A stretch of DNA of 63,489 nt, the filler included, from Dirinaria sp. TL-2023a (Eukaryota): NCBI GenBank assembly GCA_051941275.1. It is 3 parts of 3 records of this genome, joined end to end, with 100 filler letters (N's around TTAATTAATTAA, not from the genome) between each part and the next. Parts side by side here need not be neighbours in the genome. Positions count along the whole stretch, not along the records: positions 42,450 to 63,489 come from JAVEBF010000270.1; 2 more parts are not named here. One strand, 5' to 3'. Made by a program: the position numbers and the translations under genes. Under the pieces are notes generated by a model, which was not told the DNA's origin, did no database searches, and worked only from the letters and a program-made list of their open reading frames with translations. Shown here one piece after another: positions 45,240 through 58,196 of this stretch. The first letter of the stretch is position 1; each line of letters starts with the position of its first letter.

Positions 45240-47463
45240 ATGAGATCACGACGGAAGGAGAAATTACTAGCGACTTGATGCTTTTGAAGATTCCCCACGC
45301 AATAGAGAGAACGCCATCACATTACGCCGTTTTCATGCTAGACGCACGTTCATATTTCTCCATAGAGGCGTATGAAATGCTGATTGAACCTCAAGCGATC
45401 TCTGAATTCTGCATCGTGCCACCGCATTGAACTCGTACAACATTGATATCAACGAACAGCTTCGCTCCTACCTCCCACCAACCCAATCGCCAACTGCGTA
45501 TGATGTATACTATATCCTAGAACAGGCCTGAAACGAAGAAGTAGTTCCATCTGGAAAAGCGCTGTTTGTAGGTCGTCATCCTGCCATCGGTTATAGTATG
45601 TGAATTGACCAGGACTGAACGACTTACTCGCCAAACCCACGCGCGGCCTCCCCACTAGACCATAAGTTTGAAGTGGGTGTTTCGGTCTCAACGAAGACCG
45701 CAGCGCACATCTTTATCCTGCAGCCAAGCTGGCGAGCTGCATGATCAAAGAATCAATCCTCGGAGACGGAGAAACCTGGATGAGCATGAAAGGTCTGAGC
45801 TTGAAAGGTCTTAATTAGAAATTCCCGATCCCAGATGCTAATGGCTCCGTGAGGGAACGTCGTAGAGCCGATCCTCCCGGCAAAGACACGCTGAGTCCCA
45901 CTGATCTTGTATTCTACATCCTGTGCCTGCTGACACGAGGTATTCTTGCTACTTTTAGGTCCTATGCTTTTAATAGTGTACCCAATACACAGCATTTTTC
46001 CATGTATCCTGTCCGTCACTATAGGAAAATTGGGCTGTAATAGACAATCATCGTCAATGAGAAGCACGTAAGGAAATTTCTTGGAAACGTAGCAGTCGAC
46101 ATACTGGGCAACGATCTTTGACCCTATGGGTAACCATGTATGGGAGACGCCGTAACGTTCTCAGGCCGCGGCCGTATTGTCGAGCGGAATCGGTGACTTC
46201 CCGTTGGCAATTACCTACAATATCAGCTGACTCGTCACCTTCCTTGCGAATTGCTAGAGACTTACAAATATATTCTGAGAAGAAAAGACTTTGAGAGCTG
46301 CTTCCAAAGTTGCAGCGATCAAATTTTCTGAATTGTAGCAAGGAATGAGCAATGCAGTATCATTGGCTTGACCAGTCTCGATTTGGTCTGATGCAGCTGG
46401 TAGCGGTTGCTCGAGAAGCTCTTTCTCGAACATGACCAGGCGTGGTAAATAAGCGTAGCTGTGAAGTCTTTTAGATCCGATGATACGATGGGAATGAGGC
46501 TTTTAGTTACAGGAAGCTAATGCCCAGGAAGGCAGCGGTACCGGCCGGGACTACCAGCTTCATCTCGAAAAGGTAGTAGATCGTGCGAACCAAACAGTTC
46601 CGCTGCGGATATCCAGTGAAGTCAAATTTTGTGGTCGCAAAAATAAGAGCGTAGAAGATATACTCGGAGCCGTTCTGGGCTGTGTTACTCCGCTTTAATT
46701 GGATCTGGCGAATCTTGGCTTTCTCATACAGTTCTTGAAGGCTACTACGGCGCAAGGCACCAGTAACAGTGTCTTTAGCCTTTTCTACGGCATTTCCTAC
46801 AACAATGCCGGCCCGACGTATGACATTGATGGCAGAGTGTTGTTCTAGGTTGACTGCTTTCAAGTCGTCTACGAGACGATCTTTTGCGAAATGTGGCCGC
46901 ATCTGTCAACTCTTTGCGAGCTAAGAACACCGGCGGGTTAGAAGGCGATCTTGGAAGTTCTGGTTCGCGAATTTGGTAACTCCAAAGACTATGGAATACA
47001 AAAGAGTCGTCAGATCGCTTGATCTGGCATTCAAACATTTCTGCGCCTGCTCCCCGCCAGCGATAAATACTGTTGAAGGGTTTTGATCAAACTGAAATCC
47101 CAGATTCGCGGGTGTACTCAGACCGGTGGATCTTGACCTCCCTAAACCGCCAAGGTTGATGGTGGTCGATCTCTGAGACCGTTGGGTTCGTAGACCACGC
47201 TGGCCAGCTTCAACTGGCGCCTGATGCAGAGCTTTCTGGGCTTTTTCGTTGATCCTCAGCACATTCGCAAGACTTTGTAACGGCTTAAGTTTGCACTCAT
47301 CCTACCGGTTCGGGCCGACAGAAAGTGACCTGGCACGCGCTCTCGCGATCTCTGTTATATCGAAACCTTCGCTGTCCGCACCATTATCATCAATATCTCG
47401 AGGCTGCAGACCGGGCCAGGTCGAGAATGTTCCTCCAGGAATCACAACATTGTCTATGCTCAT
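45240..47463 (-). pseudogene. Processive glycosyltransferase family 2 pseudogene (membrane GT2)
   Basis: Collinear fragments with LLIDDDC (DxD), QDVEY, FPHGAISIW, HPGFSVSED* and KQRFSRW (QxxRW-like, 45547-45564). In-frame stops at 47302 and 45753, plus frameshifts. 3' boundary approximate. Confidence 0.8.
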
Positions 47464-50117
47464 GGTAGTAAGTCCATGGAAAATGAGATATGAAATTGAC
47501 GAGTGCAAATCTACGTGCTTGCAAACGGGAAATTGCACAGGATATCAAATGATGGGAATTTTGATACATTGCCACAACAGAGATCTCGTAAGGTTGCAAA
47601 TGAAAGCTAGGCTACTAGTCCGAGAGCTTAATGCTTTCCAGCCAAATATCATTGACAGCGGAGGCGGAGGTCGGACATGGTCGGGGAAGCCCTTTAGTGT
47701 CAGCTGGAATCATTCATCGGTCAAACAAATTCTGGATTGACGGCACATTGTCGATAACGTTGTCGGGTTGGACTTCGCTGATCGCTGATGGTGTGGTGGG
47801 CATCCTGCCACTAGACGCAAGGATGCAGTATCTCAATTGTCTCTTCAAGGCCAACTAAATTCACCTGATGAATCTGAGCGAAAGCTTAAAAGATCCTCTA
47901 TTGCATTGCAAGGCATATTAGCGAGAGTCAACACGCTTGATGTGGCACTGGATCCCTTTACAGGTTCAAGCACGACAAGCATTTTAACGTCAATGTGTGT
48001 ATTATCAGCTTCCTGCCAAGGCTCATCCAAAGGGTGGGAGAAGTCAATCTTCACTACTAGAATGTGGTTTTGGTTTGTTGTCTCGATGACAAAAGTTGAA
48101 CCTTAAATGCGAAGGACTTCCCTACGAAATAGAGTGGTGGGATCGCAGGTAGATTCCAAAGTGGAAGTTCATTGACGTCAGCATATCCTGTAAAGTTTTG
48201 TCCTACCATACCTAAGGCAACATCGGCGGGCGATGTTGGAGCAGGCGATGAGTTGCCACATATCTAAGTTCGATTGCTCTAAAGCATTCCCTCGATTGCT
48301 AAATGAATCATACTTGGCCCCCTCGGCCCGCCTCGTTCCTCGGTCTGAGTGGATTCCTATGTCGAGAACGCGGGCCGACCTAACGCCGAGACTCAATCAG
48401 TCGGGCCAATTGCAATGCACTTTATGTGCGCCTGGGATGGCAATTGCCCATAATCATATACAATGGCAATTCCACACCCTCACGCCGAACGTAATCTTTT
48501 GAAAGATAATGCTAAGGCACCATACTGAGCATCGGCATCTCCATTGCCTTGAACGCTTTCCCTTAGCTGAGCTAGGCCGTGCAATCTTGGCTCAGAAAAT
48601 GATCTCGATGAAACCCAAACCTCTCCGACTACCCAAGTCCAGCACGTGTGATCAAAAAACGGCAAGCAAGGAATGGGGACGATCCTTCAGTTGGCCTTTT
48701 TAATAACGCAAGTACACATCCACAAATATCAACGTGTGGATCAAAGTAATCTACAACCAAGCTACTTCTACCCACCATTATACTTCTTTGATTAGAAACA
48801 ACAACACCTTTATTATTCGCATACGGGAGATTTTTCAATCCAGTTTGTACTGACTTATTGATAGAAACGGCCCAAGTATTTCCCTAGAAGTAGTTCAGAG
48901 GCTTCCACACCTGGAAGTCGAATGGTAAAACGCTCTCTTTACAATTACGCCATGATGAAACGACTCCGCAAGAATAAACGATACGATGCGTGTGTTGGTT
49001 TCAGTGGGCTACCTTCATTGAAGGAGACTTGCTAGTCATTGATCCTTCATTCTCGAGGGTGCGAAGCTCTCTATGTCTGTGGCAAAATAAGATTGCCCTC
49101 GAGGCACGCGAGGTGATCTATCTGCCTCATATCCTAGCCTATTAGAGACCTATGAGGTTTCAGAGCGGCCGTTGAGCTAGTCAAACAAGCGATGGTAGTT
49201 GTACTTTCCCAACGAGGTCGAAATTGACCATCTATCTAGTGAGTCTGATCTAAGATTTCTAACCATACACTCAACCGTTCCTGAGTTCGGAGTCTGGAAA
49301 TCTAGAAAAGTCATGACACTAGATCGAAATATCATCAAGAGCCGTCTAGCATTGTATCGATGATCCAAAATTCTTTCCTCGGCCCTGGACATAATGCTTC
49401 ACCTAAAGTCTCTAACCTTTGAGGCATATCAAGCCATAAGCCGACGAGGCCCATCTGTTGATAATACTTATGAATACGGCACCTACAAAGCCAGTAAGCT
49501 AAGTTCTCAAATTGATACGAATGATCAGATGGGAATGCATACAGTTGCCCTATTATCTTTGATTCCACACATATCCAGCCGAAGTCATGGAGTTCCTGGC
49601 AAGGCAGGAAAAGAGCGTGCTCGCTTCGACTTGACGAGTCAAAGGAGCCAAAGCCAGATCATCAAAGATCAAAGATAAAGGTCACATTTACTACCGATCA
49701 TGCTCCTATACTTAGTGCGCCTACTCGTAGGTCCGACGATGAAAGCTTATTCATGGCTTGAAAAAAAAAAAAAAAAAGTTCCAAACGGCTCATACAAAAC
49801 TCATATCAGAATGCATAGCGCACAGGAGATTCTGCATTGGCTTTGCTAGCACTCAAGTAGGTGAACAGTTTACGCATAACGCGGGACCCTTATGGGCTAC
49901 CGGCTCGGGCAATTGAAGTTCACATATTGCGACCAGACCCAGGTTGTCACTCCAAGTGCCATGCCATGCATGATGACCTCATTATGCCTAGATTAGAAGA
50001 AATAGCTATCAATAGTCGCTTCTTCGATTCCTCCAGCATCGATACCAAGTCCACGTCTTAATACGCTACACTCGAATAATCCAGAACATCGAAAACTGCT
50101 ACAGAACCTCTTACGGG

Positions 50118-51070
50118 ATGTCCCAATCGCAGCAACCAGAAGAAGTACATACCGAGTACAATCTTCCAAGAAATGAGTGAGCAGTCATGATGAATTTACA
50201 AAGAAGTCAAAGCTGAACTATCGTTCACGCGGAAGCGCAGCCGAATTCGCCCGCCTCGACGAGCAAGCTGATGGCTATACCGAGCTCATGCGCGGCAACA
50301 TTGTGCACGCGCCTTTGCACGAGCCTCAGAAATTACTGGATGTCGGCTGTGGTACAGGCATTGTCTGCCGCCAGATGGCCCAACAGTACCCCTCTTCCAC
50401 CGTCTACGGCGTCGACATCTCCGATGTTCCTCCATTCAATGGCACGCCTGCCAACGTGGAATACATCACTGGAGATATCAAGCACGTAGCCGAGAGCGAC
50501 GATCAGCGAATCGGCGAAGGAAAATTGGATTACATCTATCAGCGACTACTCATCTGCGGAATGACTGATTGGCCGGGTTATATACGGCAGATGATCAAAT
50601 TGTTGAATCCCGGCGGGTATCTCGAAATCCATGATTACGCTGAAATATGGTACAAAGACAGGCAATATTGCTCCGGGGACGAACAGGAGGATAAGAACCT
50701 CAGTAAGGACTGGGGATGGCAACACGAGATGCGCCGAGGTGCGAAGCAGCTCGGCCTAGATCTCGATGTTGGATTGAACGCAGAAAAATATATGCGAGAT
50801 GCTGGTCTTGTCGATGTGCATGTCGTCAAGTATCACGTGCCATTTGGCGACTGGCTGGTCGACGAAAAGCCGGAAACGAGAAAGATTGGAAAAGAACAAG
50901 TTAGGAGCATGGGAAAAGTATTCTCAGAAAGCATCCTGCCTGGAGTGACGAGGAAGTTGAGTATAGGAGAACAGGAGATGAAGGAGCTGAAAGAGCAATG
51001 CAGGCAAACTTTGAGCGAAGAAGCAGGGAAGTATTGGCTACTTTATGTGGTTTGGGGAAGGAAGGTATAG
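50118..51070 (+). CDS. Class I SAM-dependent methyltransferase, LaeA-like family
   Basis: Exon 1 50118-50176 and intron 50177-50235 give YNLPRND-AAEFARLDEQ. Motif I LLDVGCGTGI, YGVDIS, DYIYQRLL, LNPGGYLE, C-terminal VWGRK. Confidence 0.9.
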
Positions 51071-52416
51071 TGGACTAAAATAAGCCGCGGTTGATAGAGC
51101 TTCGAGGTATAAGATCTTCTACACTTACCACAGTAGATCATCCCATTAATCAAGCCCCTTCGAGCTGCTCGCGACTTGGCCATGGCAAAGTGTAAGTCGG
51201 TGCAATGATAAAAACGAGAAAATTGGCTTCCACGATCTCAAGAGCGCTAAAGATCAGACACGTATTCGGCCAGGATCGACCCCAACGACCTACTCTTAGC
51301 GAGGGGACTGCTACTCTGGGGATGGGCGGCGTGGGAAGGTAATCTCTGTCCGCATACCCACGATCCTGACAGCCACTCGGAGAGCCTAACTTACAGACTA
51401 CCCGTCTCCCCAAGACTTCATAGCTTTCAATTTCTTGGTGATTCGACGAAATATCAGTGCCTGATCACGCATCCTAGTGCGTCCGATAGCTTCACTGCAT
51501 GCGCTCGGTAGCGTCTACGCTAGAGCCTAAGGGACGTCAGATCTGCCTACCATGTCAAAAGAAGAGGCAGTTATGAATTCCTCCGAACGAGGCAGACGTC
51601 TAATCATATACCACAGCCGCCAGCACAGATATTCCTCTCTTCATGGGACGAAAATCCGATTAGTGGGTCCATATGGCTGATGACTCAAATAATTACTGCG
51701 CTCGGCGTTATTTCTTTGCTTATTCCGTGCATCGAAGAGTGTCAAAGTGTCTGAACGCTTGGAATCTTACCTGAGTAGGATCAAGAGTTCATCACAGATT
51801 TAGCCCCAACCATATATTTTTGTTCACCAGAAATTGATCAAGGTCAGGCTGCCTCACCTTAAGTCGTGCTATATTGCTTTCGATTGGATGCTTGTTTTTT
51901 TATAGCCGCCTCTGGATTTCTGACACTCCGGAAACCTCGACTAGTGTCTTCCGACATCTGAGGATTCTTTCGTGGAAAAGATCAAGAAGACAACTAAGAG
52001 CATTCGTTCGAAAAAAGCGATCGGAGAGATGCAACGTACGCTTGAAACTGAACGAGTTCTTATGTCTCCGACATTTCGTCCGTAATAGCCGACACACGCG
52101 AAGATACAAGTTCACTCTCATTCTATACTTTTCTCACTTCCTTACGATCTCTTCACAGAAGGTGCGGATAGAAGTATCACAGCGGAGCAAGCACTTTGAG
52201 AGTGGGCTATTTGCGCTACCCGACCAACGCTGTGATATAGAGCGAGATTGCGTCCGTGCATTAAATTTTCGCGATACAGTTCAGGTCTCAGCGCTTCTCT
52301 CAATGGCTTGGCAGAGCTGGTCGAAGGAGCCGCAGATGCAGTGTACACATTTAAATATGTTCGTTTGTACATCATCAAGTTTCCTTGACTTGTCGACGTC
52401 CTTCCCATCATCAAAG

Positions 52417-53647
52417 ATGGTATTCCTCGCCCTTCACGTGAGCTCGGCTCTTGCTCTTTTATGCATCCTTCCAGGTCTTGTAGTGGGAAGTTTTCTCCCA
52501 CTCCCCTTTACCCCTGGAGAAGATTATCTCTCACCGCAAAACGGCTCTTTCGGTGTCAACATCTCTAAAGTCTGGACAGATCCGTTCACAAAGTTCCCAA
52601 CCAACTCTTCCCAGAATGATTTAAAGGTCGCGTGCAATGGCAAGACGTTCGGAACAAACCTCAATATAGTCAGCTGTAGGAAGGCATTGGAAAAGTTGTC
52701 CGGGATGGCAAGCGGAAATCCTTATTGGTTCGGTATGCGAAACGGCCCAAAAGGGTCGCAGGCATCGGAGTTCCTTCCTAAGCAATGGGTCAGCCGTACG
52801 TAGATTGGACCAACCTTCGATGAAATGCATACAAGGACTTAATACTGACAGAGTAATTAACCACAGCGGACGGCCGTTGCAGCATCGAAATTTTTCTCGA
52901 AGTACCCAGTCAGACCGCCCTCGTATCATACGCCGACATCTTGACTGCTGCCCAAAGCGTATTCCACGACTGTACTGTGTTCGGTGATGGGAATACGGGT
53001 GGGATTGCCAGTAATTTAGGTTTAGATATAGGCAAATCTGCCCCCCTGGCCCCCTAAATCCTCCCTAAAATCAAAAAGGTGCCCAGATCCATGATACGGA
53101 CAGAAGTCTTACGGTGTTTTCAGGAATCCCTAAGCCCCTTGCAGTCGTGGTGCAAGCCTTAGACCCCAGCTCCGTTAGGTGCGACTCCGGAGAACCGGGT
53201 CCCGCAGATGACTCGTGCAAGGGTGTTCTGGATTCCATGCCTGCAGGACTCAAGAGGCAAATGTTCGCCTTTGCGGGGTTTCCCATGGCGGAAGTCAAGC
53301 TTCCTGCTGCATTCCATGATTGTAAGTCGCCCACCTAATGACTAACCTTTCTTCACCCACCCCGTACCGAAACCATTCTCCCTCCCCTCATATGATTAGT
53401 TGTTTAGTTGGGACTCTAACTTGGATTGACGTCTTCAGCCGGGATGTTTTGCTGGCTCACAATTAGGAGCCCTGACTGGAACCCGGATTATGGGAGGTGG
53501 TACGATATCTGGAAGGCTGCGTCGCTCGTCTATAATGTCTGTGTGGTGGCTAGGAAGACTCCAGGCTCTTTGGGCGGACAGGGTCAGCTTGGGCATTTGG
53601 AAGTGGTGTTCAGTGAACAGAGTCTACCCGCTGGGGAGATAGCCTGA
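52417..53647 (+). CDS. Secreted 312-aa protein with two tandem 4-Cys domains (KP4/Ecp2-like pattern)
   Basis: Signal peptide MVFLALHVSSALALLCILPGLVVG. Exons 52417-52795, 52867-53019, 53124-53321 and 53439-53647 splice in frame (939 nt). Confidence 0.8.
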
Positions 53648-55877
53648 CATTTCAAGTTCCGGGCCTATATGAGATGTAATAGAATTGCCAAAAATTCCCA
53701 ATTGATAATGCTCAATCTCCATGTTTCGAAACCCCTTTCATTTTCTTCTATTATCGTCCCGAAGACCTTCTCCACACTAACTCTAGCCTGTCTACTTCAT
53801 TTTTGATTCTCGGAACCTTCTCCATTTGCAGGCTTCCTCTTCGTGGTGATCCTCATCAATATCCCAATCCTGTTCTACTTCACGACCTTTACTGCTACGC
53901 ATTTGGAAGAGCATCAAATCCTCCATACCAGTATGGAGGAACGAATACCCTTTTTTTTTTTTTTTTTTTTTTTTTGTGAAGAATTCTACGCCCTCTTCGA
54001 CCGCGGCGACCTTATAATTTCCATTATTGTTAATGCTGCCGCGCTCCAGCTCTCACCACACCTAGAACCCTCACAGCCTCTCAAAAGCACAACATCTACC
54101 AAAATGATCCTTGTCGTCTAATCATTTGAACCACTATGCTCATTTACGTCATAGTTGGAGCCATCAGCTCTGAAATACTGGTAAGCATTCATCGGTTGCG
54201 GAATATGGACTGATTGGTTCCGCTCTTTGTACTTGAGACTAGTTGTTATGGTATTTGCAACTTTTGCTTACGGGCTTGTCAAAAACCCAGGGCTTTTTGG
54301 GAAATATGCCTCCTGCTCAGGGGGACGGCATCGCGAAGGGTGACCGATATAAACATAGCTGATAAGCTCCATCCAAAGAACAACCGAACGGCGGGTATCG
54401 ATCACGATGGTCGAAGTGGAGGATTGCATGAGAAGAGAGCTCTCATTCGATATCGACCCATTACTGAAGATCAAGAAAGAGAATACAGAGGTGAGTAGTA
54501 CTAGAAAGAGATGATGAAGCAGTAGTCAGGCAAGTTTTTGAGAATATATCTGACTTTGGTCAAATTCTTTATTTTCTTCGCATGGCCTTCTGGACGAAGG
54601 GGGTTTTCCATGCTTCTCAGCGTACTGCTCTCGAAAGCCGGCTAGATTATGGTACAAGTCTCGGTAATAGGGATAGCCTCCAGCCTGAGAAAACTCATGT
54701 CAGTAGCAGTCCCGCACGAATAATGAATTAAAAATATACAAGCCTCAGGTAATTCTGCAATACCAGTATGCTCTGATTCATCGAGAGAATCTTTGTTCCA
54801 CTGCTCGGTCAAGGATATCTCTATTCTCTCGAGATGTAATGCAGATTTCAGACCTTCGACAAACGTATTTATGAGTTGAGTCTGCGCTACATTGGAGTCG
54901 GAAGATATTCCAATGGGTACAAAATCCTTACTGGTAGCTGAGAAACTGTTTCAACGGGGAAAAGCAGTCAAAGATGGGTTCAAACCTTAGAAGCAACGCG
55001 GAGCATCGGAGAGCTTCCGTACCGAACCGATATAAAGCCTGAAAAGGAGGATATGTCTCCTCCGAAGAACACAGTCATGGCAAACGGTCTGAATGGAATC
55101 CGCGACGTCAGCATCTATCTCCAGATAGGTATTCACTTGGACATACGCAAACTGGCCAATGACTCCAGTAAGGTAGTATCCATAATCCCTGTTGACGGAC
55201 GAATTGAGAAGCATCCGTTGTAGGATGCAGACTTGCGGCCACTTCCATTGGCTCCTCGAGGTTAGTCGATGTCTCATATGAAAATTGCCGAAGACAAACT
55301 GTCCGATCCAATCGAAAAGTCAAGCCAATCGTACAAACTTATACCTGCAGCACTCGCATGGCTACTTCTAGAGGGTACTTGAGACGCGTCGGCTCGAGGA
55401 TCGAATGGAGCTGTGAACTCGACGCATCCCAAGGGCTCTTCCCGCATGATCATAGCTCAAATCTTATGACGCGGTAAATTTTCCTCGTGCAGCACCGACA
55501 GGTAATGCACATTTCCAACTGTGATCTCGATATCTCGATCGAGATCGGTGCTGGAAACCCTAGGTCCATCTGATGGCATTAGATATCGATTAATGCAGTT
55601 CGCGGCTACACCAACTTCATACCGAGTCGGATTTCGCATCGTGTAATCCTAATTGAAGAAACAAGCAGCTGACACGTACGATGGGAACAAGTGTGAATAC
55701 AAGAGTTGCAGGTCACGTGAGACTTTTTGACAAGGGGAAATGATTGCTTCCTGAGAGATATGTGCCTACCACGTTGCATATCGTCAGCCCCGTTTAGAAA
55801 TCGTGTTTCAAGCCTTTTCAAGCATCTGTACTACATATTATGTATTCCCTTCATTCTCATATGCATTTTTTGTCTAT

Positions 55878-56486
55878 CTAACGCCCATCATGCTGTCCGG
55901 TCTGTCCAGTCGCAGGATCAACAGTGGTATAAGTCGGCAACTCGTTATTCTCAGTCTTCATCTGCTTCATCGCCACTCGCTGAGCTCGATACATCTTTAG
56001 ATATCTCCTCACCCCCAAGGCCATCCCCACAAGGGCGATCAAGAGAGCCAGCACACCAACTACAATAACTGCCACCATTGCATGAGATAGCCCCCCTGGG
56101 GAAGGGCTCCCAGTCGGACTTGGATGGTGGGGAACGACGCACAGTGTGGGAGCCAGCTGCGGCTCAGTCGTGGCGGGTTTCGGAGCGAAAATGCTAATAC
56201 GAACAGTTTCCGTTCTGGTGACTGCAGGCTTGGTAGTAGTTGTTGTTTGGAAGATGGTGTTGTAAATATGAGTTGTGAGGTTGCGCTCGATTGTACGATC
56301 TACGAAAACGGTGGTCGTGAAATTCACCTGTCGATCCTCGAAGATAGTTGAGGTTATGAAAACCGTCTCGGTCTGATTTTTCCGTCGCTGCAGTAACGCT
56401 TCTCCATGCTGCTGTGCTGTTGAGGTGGCTGTCGCGTCTCGAATACCGAGAAAAGAGTGTAGGAAAGTGATGCTGGGGACATGCAT
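55878..56486 (-). CDS. Single-pass membrane protein with Thr-rich ectodomain
   Basis: Hydrophobic N-terminus, Thr-rich TVF/TIF repeats, TM AMVAVIVVGVLALLIALVGMALGV followed by RRYLK, cytoplasmic LPTY motif. Confidence 0.7.
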   Translation of the reverse strand: MHVPSITFLHSFLGIRDATATSTAQQHGEALLQRRKNQTETVFITSTIFEDRQVNFTTTVFVDRTIERNLTTHIYNTIFQTTTTTKPAVTRTETVRISIFAPKPATTEPQLAPTLCVVPHHPSPTGSPSPGGLSHAMVAVIVVGVLALLIALVGMALGVRRYLKMYRAQRVAMKQMKTENNELPTYTTVDPATGQTGQHDGR

Positions 56487-57347
56487 TCTTCTTTTTCTCT
56501 TTTTCTTGTTCTGTTTTTTTTTTTTTTTAATTCAATTTCTTTATTCCTTAGCGTGGTTCTCGCTCGGGGATTCTTCTGCGCTGCAGATGATGTAAATCTC
56601 CACTCGTTTGAAGGGCAAATAGGAACGCAAGAGCTGGCCCAATCTGGAAGAAATAAGATGTCGAGCTCTTGTAATAAAGGAGCATACGAGGGCTACTTAA
56701 GTAGGAAATAGAGGGAAGAAACCACGCCGGAAACAAAGCCATTGTGTAATGTTTCAGTTTCTCCTTTGTTACAAGAGGGAGTTTTATCACTTCGCTTGCA
56801 CATCTTGCATGGACCAAGCCTTTGTTTCGGGTATTGTCAAGATCAATTATGTATCAGCGACACCATCAGGTCCTATTTCAGATCTTGAGAAACTTAGTGA
56901 TGAGGAAGTCCATTTTGTTTCGTGCTTCAACGCTGTTCAGTTGGCACTTCATTCCCGCTTCAGTGTTTCCTAAGCGAAGGAAGAAGAGTAGTCGTCGGAA
57001 TGGAAAATTGTCTTGCCGAGCTTAAATAAATTCATATAGACACTAAGGTAGGCTTTCACCATGGTTCTTGGTCTTCTTCCTTCGGAATTACAGTTCGATC
57101 TGTAAGGTAAGATACCCGTGGTGAATATCAGGAAGTAAGGTTCCCAGAGACTCCAGTGTAGGAGATGTTCGAGTATGTGCGCACTCTTGACTTCAGCGCC
57201 AGCGAGTTGGCTGGCAATTGAAACAATCCGAAGCAAAATCCAATGTACAATCTCTTTAAGTGCGAGATGCCATTCATCCAAAACGTCGCATACTGCACTT
57301 TGGACATTCAGAGATTGAAATTTCTAGCGGAGATTCCAAACGCTCAA

Positions 57348-58196
57348 TTAATGAATTATTTTCCCACTTCCCACGTCTGAGCATTCCGTCTCCTCCCCAG
57401 AAAGACTCTGGATCATGCAATTATGAGTGACAGGATCGATGTAGCCCACAAAACCCGTCCCTACTTCGCCCCACCGGCCATCGTTAATCTGGAACACGAG
57501 CGGATTATTTGAGTTGTCATATCCGGCCTCGACATACTGGATCAATCCCGTCAGTGCTGCACCCAGTATTCCATACGTCAACCTCTCCATGTTCGCACTC
57601 TCGGCTTGAACCATCATTTGGGTGCCTGGAGGATTAATGTACCACACCCCGTATGTCCCCATCATCGCATCTTCCGGCCGTGATTGGATCGGCCCGTCGC
57701 CGTGCGCCGCAATCGTGCTCTGCACGTCGGCAAGGCCTCCGTTCAGCGCGCCGAGCACATTGTGGTACGTTATGGGAGGAGGGATCAGCCGGCCATTGCT
57801 GAAGAAGGTGTATGTCTCGGTCCCCGGTGTGCACCATAGGTATTCCATCCACGCCTCGTTGGAGCCAGAGGCTGGGCGATTGTTGGGGTCCGTGGCCACC
57901 ACATCGGATGCATTGACCATCCTATGAGTGTGTTTTTCAGTGGAATACATTTTCTTGGTTCCTGAGGCACATAGGAAAACGAGACTTGGGGTGATGAAAG
58001 CGTTGGAAAGAAAAGATGCCAGCACTTACTGTCCGGCAGTGACGTTGGGCGCGTTAGGACATTTTAGGTTCCAGTTATTGTCGCGGCGCCGAAGCTCCGT
58101 GTGGATGCGGAGGGAGTCGAGTGGAGACGCAAGGCTTGGGATTGGGAGCGATCCTAATAAGAAGGCGTGAGGGATGAAAGATGCGAGGTACATCAT
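57348..58196 (-). CDS. Secreted hypothetical protein with signal peptide and Kex2-like pro-site
   Basis: Exon 1 58196-58030 (MMYLASFIPHAFLLGSLPIPSLA-SP..LRRR|DNN), then intron 57922-58029 (GTAAGT..TAG). Exon 2 contains LTYGILGAALTGL..PLVFQINDGRWGEVGTGFVG. Confidence 0.78.

Noticed and set aside
48400..49700. Short ORFs, possible gene relic
   Set aside because: No recognisable motif; AT-rich with frequent stops.
51874..52416. N-terminal ~180 codons of the 309-aa ORF
   Set aside because: Non-ATG start; the credible start is ATG 52417 (caaagATGG), followed by a signal peptide.
54200..55830. Short minus-strand ORFs
   Set aside because: Could not be joined into a coherent gene.
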